In this document: piece after piece, positions 26,175 through 39,361 of the stretch
Position numbering within the stretch: the stretch's first letter is position 1
How the letters are laid out: each line of letters begins with the position of its first letter
Assembly: GCA_951406725.2 (NCBI GenBank)
Contig: OX597823.1
Coordinates: 46,562,001 to 46,626,000 of the forward strand
Source: Octopus vulgaris
Lineage: Eukaryota
DNA length: 64,000 nucleotides
Reading direction: 5' to 3'
Translations under genes and position numbers: made by a program
The notes under the pieces: model-generated
The model's database searches: none
What the model saw: only the letters and a program-made list of their open reading frames with translations
What the model was told of the DNA's origin: nothing

Positions 26175-26858
26175 CAATGTTTCTCAACTAGGGTCCATAT
26201 GGCCCTTGGAGGTCCATATAAGATTTTGTCGTTAAATTGGTTATACTTCTACAATACACAAAATATTTTAACAATTTAGGCGCAGGAGTGGCTGTGTGGT
26301 AAGTAGCTTGCTTACCAGCCACATGGTTCCGGGTTCATTCCCACTGCGTGGCACTTTGGGCAAGTGTCTTCTACTATAGCCTCGGTCCGACCAAAGCCTT
26401 GTGAGTGGATTTGGTAGGCGGGAACTGAAAGAAGCCCGTCTTATATGTGTATGTATATGTGTTTGTATGTGTGTGTGTATGTGTGTGTATACGTTTGTGT
26501 GTCTGTGTTTGTTCCCCCAACATTGCTTGACAACCGATGCTGGTGTGTTAACGTACCCTTTTCTTAGCGGTTCGGCAAAAAGAGACCGATAGAATAAGTA
26601 CTAGGCTTACAAAGAATAAGTCCTGGGGTCAATATGCTCGACTAAAGGCGGTGCTCCAGCATGGCCGTAGTCAAATGACTGAAACAAGTAAAAGAGTAAA
26701 AGAGTAATCTTTAAATGCAATTCCTAATAATATCTAATTATGAAAGTATAAGAGTTTTTAAGCATCGAATGGCAATGAGGATCCTTCAGAATAAAGTAAG
26801 AATCAAAGCGGTTCCTATGTAAAAAATAAAAATAAAAATAAACGGTTGAGAAGAACTT
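26175..26858. mobile_element. Degenerate hAT-like MITE hosting a SINE A
   Basis: Ends caatgtttctcaact / ggttgagaagaact resemble CAGTGGTTCTCAACC-type TIRs. Confidence 0.55.
26279..26707 (+). mobile_element. SINE family A, full length
   Basis: Pol III A box (tggctgtgtggt) and B box (ggttcattccc), CORE-like ttgggcaagtgtctt, central (TG)n, and an (AAAGAGT)n tail. Confidence 0.92.
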
Positions 26859-27135
26859 GTACAAATGGCTGAACATTACTCAGTCGTGTGAATCCTTAGT
26901 TTAATCATCGAGTAACCGCAGTATGACAAGATTGCACCATTGAATTTCGCATTCGACGAGCTTCCACAGAGTTTTATTCTAACGGATTTACTCACAGGGC
27001 TTGTATTGATCTAACGCTGAAGGGAAAAGAAAGACACTTGCCTAAAGTGGCGTCCATTTGGATCGAGCCCGGTGCCACATAATTGCTTAACACACTTCTT
27101 AACTATGCTTCTTAAACATTCAGACATTTAACGCT

Positions 27136-27458
27136 CATACACAAATATAGAGACACCCAAAGACACACGAACAGATTCGCACATAGAGCACACACGCATA
27201 CACACATGCCTAATTGCACGTACACAAATATAGAAACACCCAAAGACACACGAACAGATTCGCACATAGAGCACACGCGCATACACACATGCCTAATTGC
27301 ACATACACAAATATAGAGACACCCAAAGACACACGAACAGATTCGCACATAGAGCACACACGCATACACACATGCCTAATTGCACATACACAAATATAGA
27401 AACACCCAAAGACACACGAACAGATTCGCACATAGAGCACACACGCATACACACATGC
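27136..27458. repeat. 83-bp minisatellite, about 3.9 copies
   Basis: Units start at 27136, 27219, 27302 and 27385. Confidence 0.95.
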
Positions 27459-28149
27459 ATGCATGCACATACGTACACACACATACACACGCACATATTT
27501 TTTTTTTAGTTGGTGATTCACAGAAATAGTATTGTCTTTGACAAAATACCTTGTGGTATTTATTCACTTGCCTTTAGGTTCTAAGAAGAAATATTGCCGA
27601 ATCGACATGTTCCAAGCAACTATTGATGTTGATTTCATCGATTAAACCCCCACCACAGAAAAAGCAGTGTTTTGCCTATGTTGGAAATCAATATTTAATA
27701 ATGGAAATGAAGGTGGTAATTCTCACAATCAGTACAGAATCGGATTTGTAATAGATTTAAGTTATATTTTCAATTCTGGTTGTGATAAACTTACGTCCTC
27801 CTGATCGATAAAGTAATTACCAATCTATTTAATCGATTTTTGCCTCCCCAAAATTTGCGATCTTATCACAATGTAATAAATCAATATTATATAATTGAGG
27901 GCGGTGATTATCAGATTTGGTAGGGCATCGGGCAAAATAGTTTGTTAACTTCAGTTGTTTCTCATTATGTTTCCTGAAAAAAAAAAAAGGGCAATTGCAT
28001 TTAATAACAGATCTAAATGTAATATATTGGGTCGCTTTTAATCTGCAGGGCCACATCTCGAGACGTATAGAATTGCATCAGTATAAGCTGATATTAATTT
28101 ATTTGTTTATCTTTCAGACCCAAATCGGCAAAAAAAATAAACACCCCCT

Positions 28150-28705
28150 AACCTAACAGCGCCCCCATCCCAATCCAACTCCACCTCTAAATGCGAGGGG
28201 AATGAGATGTTCACACTTGGAAGTCTTTCTCTCTTATTACCAGCATTTCTGCGCTTCGTAACAACCTACATTCATATAGAAACTAGTCGCCTATTGTAGG
28301 GCTCGGTTGACTTGGTAGGAATACAATAAGGAGAGTATGCATGTACACCAGAGTACATTTGCAAACGCTCCTTTGTTTAAGACAGTAAGATATGGCTTAG
28401 GGTTATTTTAATGTCAGCATGGAGTGTTTTGGGGAGTATTCTGAGAATATGTATATTTATGTAAGTATGAGGTTTTCTCTCAGTTTCATTTAAGCCCTTC
28501 TTGAAAGAGTTCAAGCCGGTCACTAATAAAGTGACAAGATTATTTCTGTTAAGAGAGTTCCCGACGTTTGTAAATTTGTGGTTGAGTTGGCACGTGGGTT
28601 GAAGTGTCGAAGCATACATCCAAGTGTCTGCATTTATTCATATGATATTTTTGTATGTATGTATAAATGTATGTATGTATGTATTTATGTATGTATATAT
28701 ATATA

Positions 28706-28759
<54 letters not shown>

Positions 28760-29915
28760 ACATTTTTATATATTCTTACATCCTTTAAGATTTTTATTAG
28801 TGTTCGAATTTTTATGCAAGTATGTTTTTAAATAAGTTTATCTGTTATAGAACCAATTATCACATTAATTTGCCATTGATCCTTGGTATTTCAATCGATA
28901 GAAAATGTGTACCACTTTCTCGGGTGAATTCTGGATGTAATTTGAGTTCATCGAATGGTTTTACCATGACCACCTTAAAGTTTACAAGGATGAAGTATTA
29001 TGTAGCTTCTATTTTATTTTAAAGTAATCTATTTTTTAATGCTTAAATTGGTTTATATATCCGTTTTATCTTACCTGGTCCTTATATTCCTTTCTAAATT
29101 TTAAAATTCTACTTTTCATTACACAAAATATAATAATATATAGATTTTGATATACTTTGGTTGTATCTTTTTTCCGTCTGTACCCTTAATGCCCTTTGAT
29201 CTCATTGTAACGTCCTTTGTTTTCTATAGTTGGTCCCTTTAACTGATAATAATAAAATAGTTTATGTCACCCCTACCTTCCCTCTTTCTGGGCATTTACC
29301 ACTATCTTACTGAGTTCTTCTGAGATTTATTTCTTTATGTGCTCATAGGGAATTTATAGCCATACTGATTTAAAGGGAAAGTATCTGACAATAATTAATT
29401 TATTATCAGCAGCATGAACATAACTGTCAACTCCCAGTGGTTTTAATTCTTAGTGGACGTACTATACTAGCTGCATTAGATCTTTCGATGGTGATAAGGA
29501 GATAGATAAAAATTGTAGCTAAATTACCATATCATGACCCCCATTGTTATTTTCTTCTGCCATACCAAATTATAGTTGGCGTATTTTTCTCTCTAAGTTA
29601 ATTCTTCTATAATAATAACAACATGTAATTCTTTCATCTTCTACTTCTGATGAAATATTTGCTAACAATTGTAATGGAGTATCTTGTATATTGAAAACCT
29701 ATATTTTGCATCCGAAGATGGCGACGTATTTCAAATTGAAGTAATGTTTGCATTGTTCGATTAAATGGAGCCGTCTGAAACGGCCGTAATACACTAATGC
29801 CTGGACATCATTGCTACTTATTTGCTTTTTATTCCCCTTACATCGAACTGTGGGGATAATACCAGACTGACTTGGTACCTCAAGTAATTAATTCAACTGA
29901 ATCTTAATTATTTCT
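28150..29915 (+). mobile_element. Possible highly decayed Penelope-like 3' region(s)
   Basis: Faint GIY-YIG-like remnant near 28180-28300 (YI.ETSR.L) and a hammerhead-like module at 29706-29794, ending at a (TA)n tract. Confidence 0.35.
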
Positions 29916-30114
<199 letters not shown>

Positions 30115-30265
30115 AATCAATTTGAAGATGTCAGGTCCTCATTAGGGATTGAATAATCTAAAAATTTCACAGGTTAATCACTATCATATAAGGAGAAAAT
30201 ATCGGCGATATTTTAGCGATTATTATAGTAATACATATTGTTAATAATGATGAAAGAAAGAAAAT

Positions 30266-30750
30266 GGAGAATTATGGATATATAAATAGTTTATTTGTAC
30301 GATTTAATGAGGTTGCAATTTTTTTTATAAAAACAATACAAATAAATTGTAAAGCTCTAAAAGAAATGGCAGATGCCAAAAACCTACATATAAGTTTCGA
30401 GTCATGCCCCTAGGATTTTAGTAATTCTAAGAATTTGAGTAGGTCATATGCTAAGAATTGGTCATTATTTGCAACTATATGGAGTAGAATTGGTCATCAT
30501 AATTCAACTATATGGAGTAGAATCTCATAAAGCTCCATGTAGTTGAAAATGATGACCAAGTCTTAGCATATGACTCTACCCAAATGTTTAAAATTACTAA
30601 TTACCTAGGTGCATGGATCGAAACATATATGTAGGTTTTTGACATCTGCCATTTCTTTTAGAGCTTTATAATTCATTTGCATTGTTTTTATAATAACTTT
30701 CAACCACATTATATCACACAAATAAATTATTCATACTTCCATAATTCTCC
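30266..30750. repeat. Long imperfect palindrome
   Basis: Arms 30266-30517 and 30533-30750 are reverse complements, e.g. aaagctctaaaagaaatggcagatg / catctgccatttcttttagagcttt. Confidence 0.92.
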
Positions 30751-30767
30751 TGTTACTTTCTCTCTTT

Positions 30768-30869
<102 letters not shown>

Positions 30870-32869
30870 ACTTTTGAAATATTACAAGTCACAACATGAC
30901 ACTTAAAATAATTAATATGTTGTGAATGATAAATATATACATATACAATTTATACATACATACATATGTGTATGTGTAAACACAGTTATGTACATGCATA
31001 TCTATACATACATATACACACATAGAAATATATACATCTACATACATACATATATATGCATACATACATATATACATACATACATGCATACATATACAGA
31101 GAGGGAGAGAGAAAGAGAGAGAGATGGGGAGAGATCAACACGTGAATGCTTATAAAGTACGTGTATATATTATGTATGTAATATATGTTTGGGCTTTTAT
31201 TTGGGTTTTTATTTGTGTGAGTATGTACACATATTTGAGGGTGTACGTAACTGCTATATGCGCCAAGCGATGTTATCTATGCATACTGCTAAGTATGCGT
31301 CTACCATTCATATGTATATATGTATATAATTCTTGCGTACCTTCGCACGCAAAATCTATCTTTTCTAGTAAGTTTTACAAAGTCGTCTATTTTCTAATGT
31401 TGTTATGTTAACTATAATTTTTTTTTTCTTTGTTAAGCATTGCCCAAGCAACTGTTATTTCTGTTTCTTCTTAAACTTAGCCAATATTGTGTCTCATCAC
31501 ATCTCGATGTTCTTCGAATTGATTCTAATTTAATATGCATACGGTCGAACAAAATATAATATTTTATTAGGCAGCTGCTTGACAGCAAACATGATTGCCC
31601 TGGCCTTACAACTGAATTCTGTGGATATGATTTATTTTTCAAATAATTTGAAAACTTTTACTCTTTTATTCCTTCTTTGCTTCACAAACTATAGATTTTA
31701 GTGTCTTATATCGTATTTATTTATACCGTTCTCTTTCTGTACTGTTAATATGACAAGATAACAATCCAACAAGACAATTTTTAAATAGGCAACAAGAAAC
31801 GAAGTTTCATCATATTTGTTGATTATAAGAGAAAGAGGAGTACCTGAATAAATAATTGATTAGCAGATTCCAGGAGTTTTAAAAGGCATATAAAATATTA
31901 CTGGTCATTATGTTATTTGATAATATAAAATATTATAAATTTTATAGATTATGGTTTGAAATATTCTTCCCGGTTAATATTCTGCACAGTATAACCATCT
32001 AGATAGTTTAACAAGTTTTTAAAAACATTTTTAGTATAATTATAATAAATTTAACATTTAGATTCAGATTTGAATATTTTAACTTGCATTAAATACTTAA
32101 ATGATATACTTCGTAACCTTATTTGGAGAATTTGATTTATGAAAATCGATAACTACGATAGGGACAAAGAAACTATTTAAACATTTAAAAAAGATTTTCT
32201 AAAGAATGAAAATATTCAATTTGTCTTTTGGCTGGAAAGCTGAAAATCTTCATGCAAATTATACTGCTAAAGAGCGATTTTATCATGATTATATGAAAAA
32301 GAAACTTGGCGGTATTTATTTTCGAAAGTGTTTGTTTAAAGAAAGGTGAATATGTTTCTTAAATGATTAAAGCAGAGACAATTATAAAACAATGACATGT
32401 AATAATACTGTTGTATCATTTACGCAAGCAACATTAGCTTGATCTTTTATAACGGAACTTCTACTTTCAATATATTTTAAATTCTCTTCCAGTTCTTACA
32501 CATGGTTCCCTGATTGGAGAAAAATTACCCTCTAAACTGGAAACAATACTAGTAGTTCACATATTTTCTTGCCTGAGAAATTGAACTAAGTTTTACATGC
32601 CAACGGAAAACTGATGCTCCAAACAGCTGTGTAATGTACCACTCTCAGTATGACCTTCTAGAAATAGCAGCCGAATCTATTAAAGCTACCGTTTTAAATA
32701 TAATCAGATACATTCGATAATGTAGCTCTGGATATCGAAAGCTTTCCATCATGACACACCTGCCACTTAATGGACTGGATGATTATGGTTGGAAAGCATT
32801 TGGTCTTAGGTTTATTAAATTGTGGCTGATCTACGATTAAACATCAATATATTGGAGAATGGAAGAGTC

Positions 32870-33055
32870 GGTAAAGTTACCCTCTCGAGTTATAGGGGCC
32901 GGTTTCCCGGTTTCCATGGCGGATAAATTCCCCACCTGGATGGGACGCGGGTCCATCGCAGGTTTACTCATTTTTGTCAGCTGATTGAACTGGGGCAACG
33001 TGAAATTAAGGGTTTTGCTCAAGAACACAACGCGTCGCCCGGTCCAGGAATCGCC
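32870..33055 (-). mobile_element. SINE family C variant
   Basis: Reverse complement of the core ttgagcaa..ac..tttcacgttgc.ccagt...tcagctg with its own tail. Confidence 0.75.
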
Positions 33056-34332
33056 CTAACCACTAATTCATGCACACCACCACATAATGGAAAGAGTCGG
33101 TAATTACATGAGTTTAAGTGTCGTAAGTCTAAACACTGGGCAATAAAAGTGAATGAATGAGAGCTATAGTTGATCCATAGACTCTTCTTAAATACTATTT
33201 TATTGACTCTCATATAAGTGGAAAGTAAAGTCTAACCGCGTGGCATTTTAAACCAGAAACGAACATTACCTATTTCAGAGCCATCGATAGACCAATCTCT
33301 GGAAGGGCATTGATCTGTTAGACTATGTCTCTGAAATGGCAATCTACTCTCTTAAAAATATCCTCGAGACCACGTTCTACTGCTTTAACCTTTTAACATA
33401 TTATCCCGTACATTTTCGTTCAGAGATGTCTAGTATATATATATATATTTGAACGAAACTATACGTTCACAGTACGCTGAAGTATCTGCCACTTATTTCT
33501 AACCCGAAATACTTCGTTCATAAAGTTATTCCTGTTTTCTATCATTAACTATCAGTAACTATCATTTCTATCAGTAACTTCATAATAAATTATAACTGAT
33601 CAAAAATAATTTATGTACTTATTCTTCCTTATATACAGATTCAAAATAAATAATAAAAAATTATGATATTTTCTATATGGAAATTGAAAAAAAACATGTG
33701 TAAGTTAAGAAGTTAAAGAATCGATGCATAGGAAAAAAGTCGAGAAGGTCCTGGTAGGACTGCTTTTGGTTATAGGTCTTCTCATTCATTAGTGACCGAG
33801 TGTAAGCAACACCACCATCATCAATAACAACAGAAGTATTGTTAATGTTGTGAAAATTACATTATCAATGCACGTGTTAAGGAATGACATGACATGAAAC
33901 TCAGCAACATCAATTGTCATTAATAAAAGGAAAAGATCTGCGTTGGTTTCGACAATGAGTTGTTCAATCAATTGAATTGCTCTACTCCTGCATTAGCGTG
34001 TAAGCGATTGACTACTTTACAAACATATGTAGCCTTAACTTAATCTCCAGGTAGAATCAGTGTGACACAATGTATGACAAAGCTGTATTTATTTTAATTA
34101 CGAACACAATCCATCCAATGGAATTCCACACTTGTTACATTTACCCAGTCACAATCACCTGAGGCTATAGTAAAAGATATTTGCCCAAGATACCACATAG
34201 CAGGAGCGAGCTCAGAAACTTGCGATTGTGAGCTGATGTTCTTAAACACTCTGTAAAGCTACGTCCAATTGTAAACGACGAATAAACACCATATACGTCG
34301 CTGGTATTGATGGAGACGACTACTTTGACTTT

Positions 34333-34338
34333 AGTTGT

Positions 34339-34388
<50 letters not shown>

Positions 34389-34717
34389 GAGGAGGAGGAG
34401 GAGGAGGAGGAGGTGGAAAGTAGGGGTGCTGGTTCTCGTGCTGGTGGGTTGGATTGGGGTGGCGGTGGTGGCTATTGGTAATAACGAACAAGTAATGGTC
34501 GAAATGATAGAGGTGGTGGTAATGGTGGTGATGGTTGTGATGGTGACGGTTGTGGTGGTGTTGGTGTTAATGGTTGTGGTGGTATTTGTAGCGCTGGTGG
34601 TGGTGGTGGTGGTAGTGGTGTTGGTGATTGCGCTGTTGGCGGTGGTGATAGTGGTGGTGGTGGTGGTGGTGGTGGTGATGGTAGTGGAAGCTGTTGTAGT
34701 TGTGGCTATAGTAGCAG

Positions 34718-34748
<31 letters not shown>

Positions 34749-34950
34749 AGCACTGGTGTCCGAGGTGGTGGTGGTGGTGGTGGTGGTGGTAGCACTGGTG
34801 TCCGAGGTGGTGGTGGAGGTGGTGGTGGCGGTGGTGGAGGTGGTGGTGATAGTGGTGGTGGTGGTGCTGCTACTACTGTTGGTAATAGTGGTGGGGGTGT
34901 TTGTGCTGATGGTATTACCAATGATGATAATATTGTTGATGTTCATGATA
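34333..34950. repeat. (GAT)n/(GGA)n/(GGT)n low-complexity tract
   Basis: Directly visible; includes a duplicated gtagcactggtgtccgag unit. Confidence 0.9.
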
Positions 34951-35147
34951 GTAACAGTATCGGAGCTGTCGATATCAGAAAATACTTAGTATCATTCTGT
35001 GCGATCCTATCAACCGGCAGCATAGTCCGATGTTAAATAATAAGAGATAAAAGTAACGAGAGAGAGAGACGTTTAGACATACCAACAAAACCATCGGTTG
35101 GATGCTAAAAATGCTTTCTTTCTTTCTTCATCTCTCTCTTTCGTTCT

Positions 35148-35184
<37 letters not shown>

Positions 35185-35989
35185 GTTTAATTACATGCAA
35201 ATACAGGTTATGACGAGTACACATATATCTGCAAGTTAGAGAAATGTGACGAAAGAATTCAGTTATCAACTGCGCACGATCACCGTCCTCACTCGCTACC
35301 ATTGCTAATGCAATTTCAATAGATTTACGATGCAATACTTTCGTCTAAAACAGAATTCCATTGAATAAAAAGAACAGAACGAAAAAAAAATCTATAATGA
35401 TTTATCAGGACTACTTTCTAGATTTTATCAAATGTTAAAAACTGTTTATAAAATAATAATTTTATTGTTTTATGGGTGTATAATTAACGATTGATTTTTT
35501 TTTTTTTTTGTAATCTTGCTGGTGGACTGCTTTCGAATGGCTTTCGCATGGCTTTCGCATGAAGAGAACAAGAGATTGCCCCCTCTTTATTCGATCGAAT
35601 CGATATTATTGATACATTATCCTTAATCTATATGCTAATTGAAAAACACATCGTTATCCTACTAACAACTAGTGTGCTGTTTACATATTCTTACTCACAT
35701 AAAACATTACAAATATCTCACACTTGATTATTGATGTCAACCGATAGAGGTATTATATGACACGGGCTATTTGTGTTCAATACATTTTGATGGAAAGTCT
35801 CAGATCAAGAAGCTAGTCGATATTTATGTAAATCTCATTTATTCATAAACCTAATCAAGCTATTTCTCCTAACCAGGCTAAATTTCGATGTAGGGGAGGT
35901 CATTTTTATAACTATTTTATCCTGTGAAATTGTTGAAAGATTGTGTCAGGATAAACAGAAGATAAGACAAAAATAAAACGAAGAAATAA

Positions 35990-36830
35990 ATGAAGTACGT
36001 TTGAGGTACGTTCACGAGACAATAAAGTTCCATAAAAGAAAAGGTGTACATGAAGCAAGCATAGTGACGAGAGACGTTCATGTGTCAAGGAAGATGCATG
36101 AGAGAAGTGGTACATGAAACAGGTTGGGTACATGAGAGAAGAAGCGCTTGAGAGAAATTAGTATATGAGAGAAAAGGTACGTGAGATAAAAAGGTATATG
36201 AGAAAGGATAAGTACATGAAGGCAGTAGGAGGCTTTTGACAAGATATGCATATGAGAAATTAGGGGTACATGTGCGAAAACTGGCACGTCAGACAAGAGG
36301 GATACCTCAAACAAGAGAGGTATTTATGAAAAGATGGTAAATAAAATAAGAGAGGACGGGAAGTACATGAGAAAGTGAAAACGCCTGGCTTAGTGGTTAG
36401 GGTATTCGGCTCATGATCGTGATGTCGTGAGTTCAATTCCCGGCGGCGCGTTGGGTCCTTGAGCAAGATACTTTATTTCACGTTGCTCCATTCCATTCAG
36501 CTGGCAAAAATGAGTAGTACCTGTATTTCAGAGGGACGGCTTTGTTGCATTCTGTATCACGCTGAGTCTCCCTGAGAGCTACCTACCTTAAAGGGTGGAG
36601 TGCTCAGCCACTTGCACGTTAATTTCACGAGCAAGCTGTTCCGTTGATCGGATCAACTGGAACCTTCATCGTCGCAACCGACGGAGTGCCAATTAACATG
36701 AGAGACGGTGACAAATAACATGTAAGATAGTACTTAAGGCAAGACATGTACATAAGATAAGAAAGTTGCATAACAGAAAAGCATACATAAGGGAAGAGAG
36801 ACGTATGAGAGACTAAGGATACATGAAAAG
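35990..36830. repeat. Degenerate ~17-20-bp minisatellite (gtacatgagagaa..) split by a SINE
   Basis: Recurrent gtacatga/gtatatga motifs at 35990-36375 and 36695-36830. Confidence 0.6.
36383..36692 (+). mobile_element. tRNA-derived SINE family C
   Basis: A box tggcttagtggtt, B box gagttcaattccc, tail gccacttgcacgttaatttcacgagc...accgacggagtgcc. Confidence 0.88.
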
Positions 36831-36864
36831 GTTTAATGGTTTATATTTTATTATATTTTATATG

Positions 36865-37198
36865 CTCATGGCTCAGTGGTTAGAGCGTCGAGCTTACGAT
36901 CGTGAGGTTGTGAGCTCGAATCCCGGACCGGGCTGCGTGTTGTGTTCTTGAGCAAAGCACTTTATTTCACGTTGCTCCAGCTCACTCAGCTGTAGAAATG
37001 AGTTGCGACGTCACTGGTGCCAAGCTGTATCGACCTTTGTCTTTCCCTTGGATAACACTGGTGGCGTGGAGAGGGGAGGCTGGTATGCATGGGCGACTGC
37101 TGGTCTTCCATAAAAAGCAACCTTGCCCGGACTTGTGTCTAGGAGGGTAACTTTCTAGGTGCAATCCCATGGTCATTCATGACCGAAGGGGGTCTTTA
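36865..37198 (+). mobile_element. SINE with family C head/core and a different tail
   Basis: tggctcagtggttagagcg...cactttatttcacgttgctccag, then an unrelated 3' region ending gaagggggtcttta. Confidence 0.85.
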
Positions 37199-37755
37199 AT
37201 ATACTTGATTATATTTCATAAGCTTATAAACTTACTAACTAGTATTTTCTTCTGAGGAAGGAGAGGAATGAAAATTATCAATAACATGATTTCAACATAT
37301 TTTTAATAGCAACAGGCTGCAATTCGAAGAAAATTTTGGTGGTTATTTATAGCAGACGTGTACAGTCCTGTCGTAATTCGACCGTGTTATTAATTCACGA
37401 ACACTAAACATATTGATATAAAGTATTGGGTATTGTTTGGAGTTCCTCTTTCCTGATATATTGAAAGCGTTTTCTGGTCTGAAGGCTTTGAAGGAGAAAG
37501 AATGATGAGTGTGATTAAATGTTAATTGTATTGTTAGATATTTATTGTGTAGTTGATGGTGTCGACAAGTCTTTCAAAGCAAAGAAAATGTATTTATTTG
37601 TTGAGAGACTGACTTCAATTCTTGTCAAGAAAATGCTTTGTCTATAAATGGAATATTGTCAGATATATTAAGACTTGAATATTTTGATAGGCTGAACGTA
37701 AAGCATTTGATTTGTATTGTTTACCGAAAAATACTTATAATTTATTTGCTTTAAT

Positions 37756-38444
37756 ACTATGTAGTAATATTTCGTTTTTGGATTTGGTTTGCAAGATTAT
37801 TTATATGAGTTCGTGTGTTGAAGCATATTCTGTTGTGTCTGGGGAGAGTAATTTTCTTTTTGTGCCTTATATTGTAACACACTCACTGGTAAAATAGTCA
37901 AGACTATTGAAAAGGTTGCAAGACGCAACGAAAAATTTAGGATAATAAAAATAAGAAAAAAGTGGAAATTTTACCGGTGAATGTGTTACAATATAAAGCA
38001 CAGTGGAGGCGCAATGGCCCAGTGGTTAGGGCAGCGGACTCGCGGTCGTAGGATCGCGGTTTCGATTCCAGACCGGGCGTTGTGAGTGTTTATTCAGCTA
38101 AAACACCTAAAATAGCTCCACGAGGCTCCGGCAGGGATGGTGGTGATCCCTGCTGTACTCTTTCACCACAACTTTCTCTCATTCTTACTTCCTGTTTCTG
38201 TTGTACCTGTATTTCAAAGGGCCGACCTTGTCACTCTCTGTGTCACGCTGAATATCCCCGAGAACTACGTTAAGGGTACACGTGTTTGTCGAGTGCTCAG
38301 CCACTTACACGTTAATTTCACGAGCAGGCTGTTCCGTTGATTCGGATCAACCGGAACCCTCGTCGTCGTAACCGACGGAGTGCTTCCACCATAAAGCACA
38401 AAAAGAAAATGACTCTCCCCAGACACAACAGACTATGTAGTAAT
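37756..38444. mobile_element. Inverted-repeat (MITE-like) element hosting a SINE
   Basis: ~70-bp IR at 37823-37895 versus 37968-38002 plus 38401-38438, bracketed by the direct repeat actatgtagtaat. Confidence 0.7.
38003..38390 (+). mobile_element. tRNA-derived SINE with family C tail and a distinct head, 10-bp TSD
   Basis: TSD ataaagcaca at 37993-38002 and 38391-38400; A box tggcccagtggtt and B box ggtttcgattcc. Confidence 0.92.
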
Positions 38445-38927
38445 TTCTGTGTAAATTCTGTGATTTTTGCACGTCAGTGAAATACAATGTACTAGTTATT
38501 TTGAAAACTATTATATTTGCATCGCAAACATTTACAAGTAAAGTGAACTCTCCTAAGATAGTAGCTTTAGAACCAAAAGTAATTTCTTACAGTTATTAGT
38601 AATCCTATTTTCTGAAATTAATGCCGGTTCACTAATATTTCCAGCTAATCCATTTCCTACTAAATTTCCCCTGTAATTGCTACATGTATAATGTGTCAGC
38701 CTTTCAGCTGACAATGATGTATAATGGTCATTATACTAACATTATACACGATATATAGCCTTGGCTTTACATTTGTTGCACCAAATGACTTTATACAATT
38801 TTGCTTCCGAGTTTTCTACCCACATTTATATTTATAATCACCTAGATATTTCTGTTTGTTATAATTTGTTAAATTGACACAACCAGCTGCGATTCTCATT
38901 ATATAATGTGCATTAACATTATAATGT

Positions 38928-38966
<39 letters not shown>

Positions 38967-39319
38967 TTTTGAATTATTCCAGTAAAGACATTTAAGGGCA
39001 TTAAATAATTTTCCGGCGAAGAAAATTGTTTTAAATGTGAATTTAAAAGTAGTTTATTATATAAATCATTTCTTTATTTACCTCCAGTTACACTGACAAA
39101 GACAAACGTCGTTATGTGCATATCTATCTGTATGCTTGTTTTCTCTGCTTTCTCGTTTTTGTGAAGCCTCATGTCAACAATAACAGTGCAGAACTATGAT
39201 TGAAGGTGGTTTTAGGAATTTTTTTAATCTGTACTTATTTTCGTTAACACGATTCAATAGTAAAGCTATATAACACACACACACACAAACACACCCACAC
39301 ATACACACACATACACATA

Positions 39320-39361
<42 letters not shown>

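Noticed and set aside
27136-27458. CRISPR-like periodicity
   Set aside because: The entire 83-bp unit repeats with no unique spacers, there are no cas genes, and the context is eukaryotic.
33385-33716. Possible TTAA-flanked piggyBac-type MITE
   Set aside because: The terminal repeats are too degenerate to call.
34320-34989. Thr-rich mucin-like 208-aa ORF and Val-rich 187-aa ORF
   Set aside because: Trinucleotide low-complexity tract open on both strands, with no signal peptide, domain or splice evidence.
36383-38075. tRNA-like sequences at 36383, 36865 and 38003
   Set aside because: A and B boxes are present but there is no paired acceptor stem, and they continue into repeated SINE bodies.
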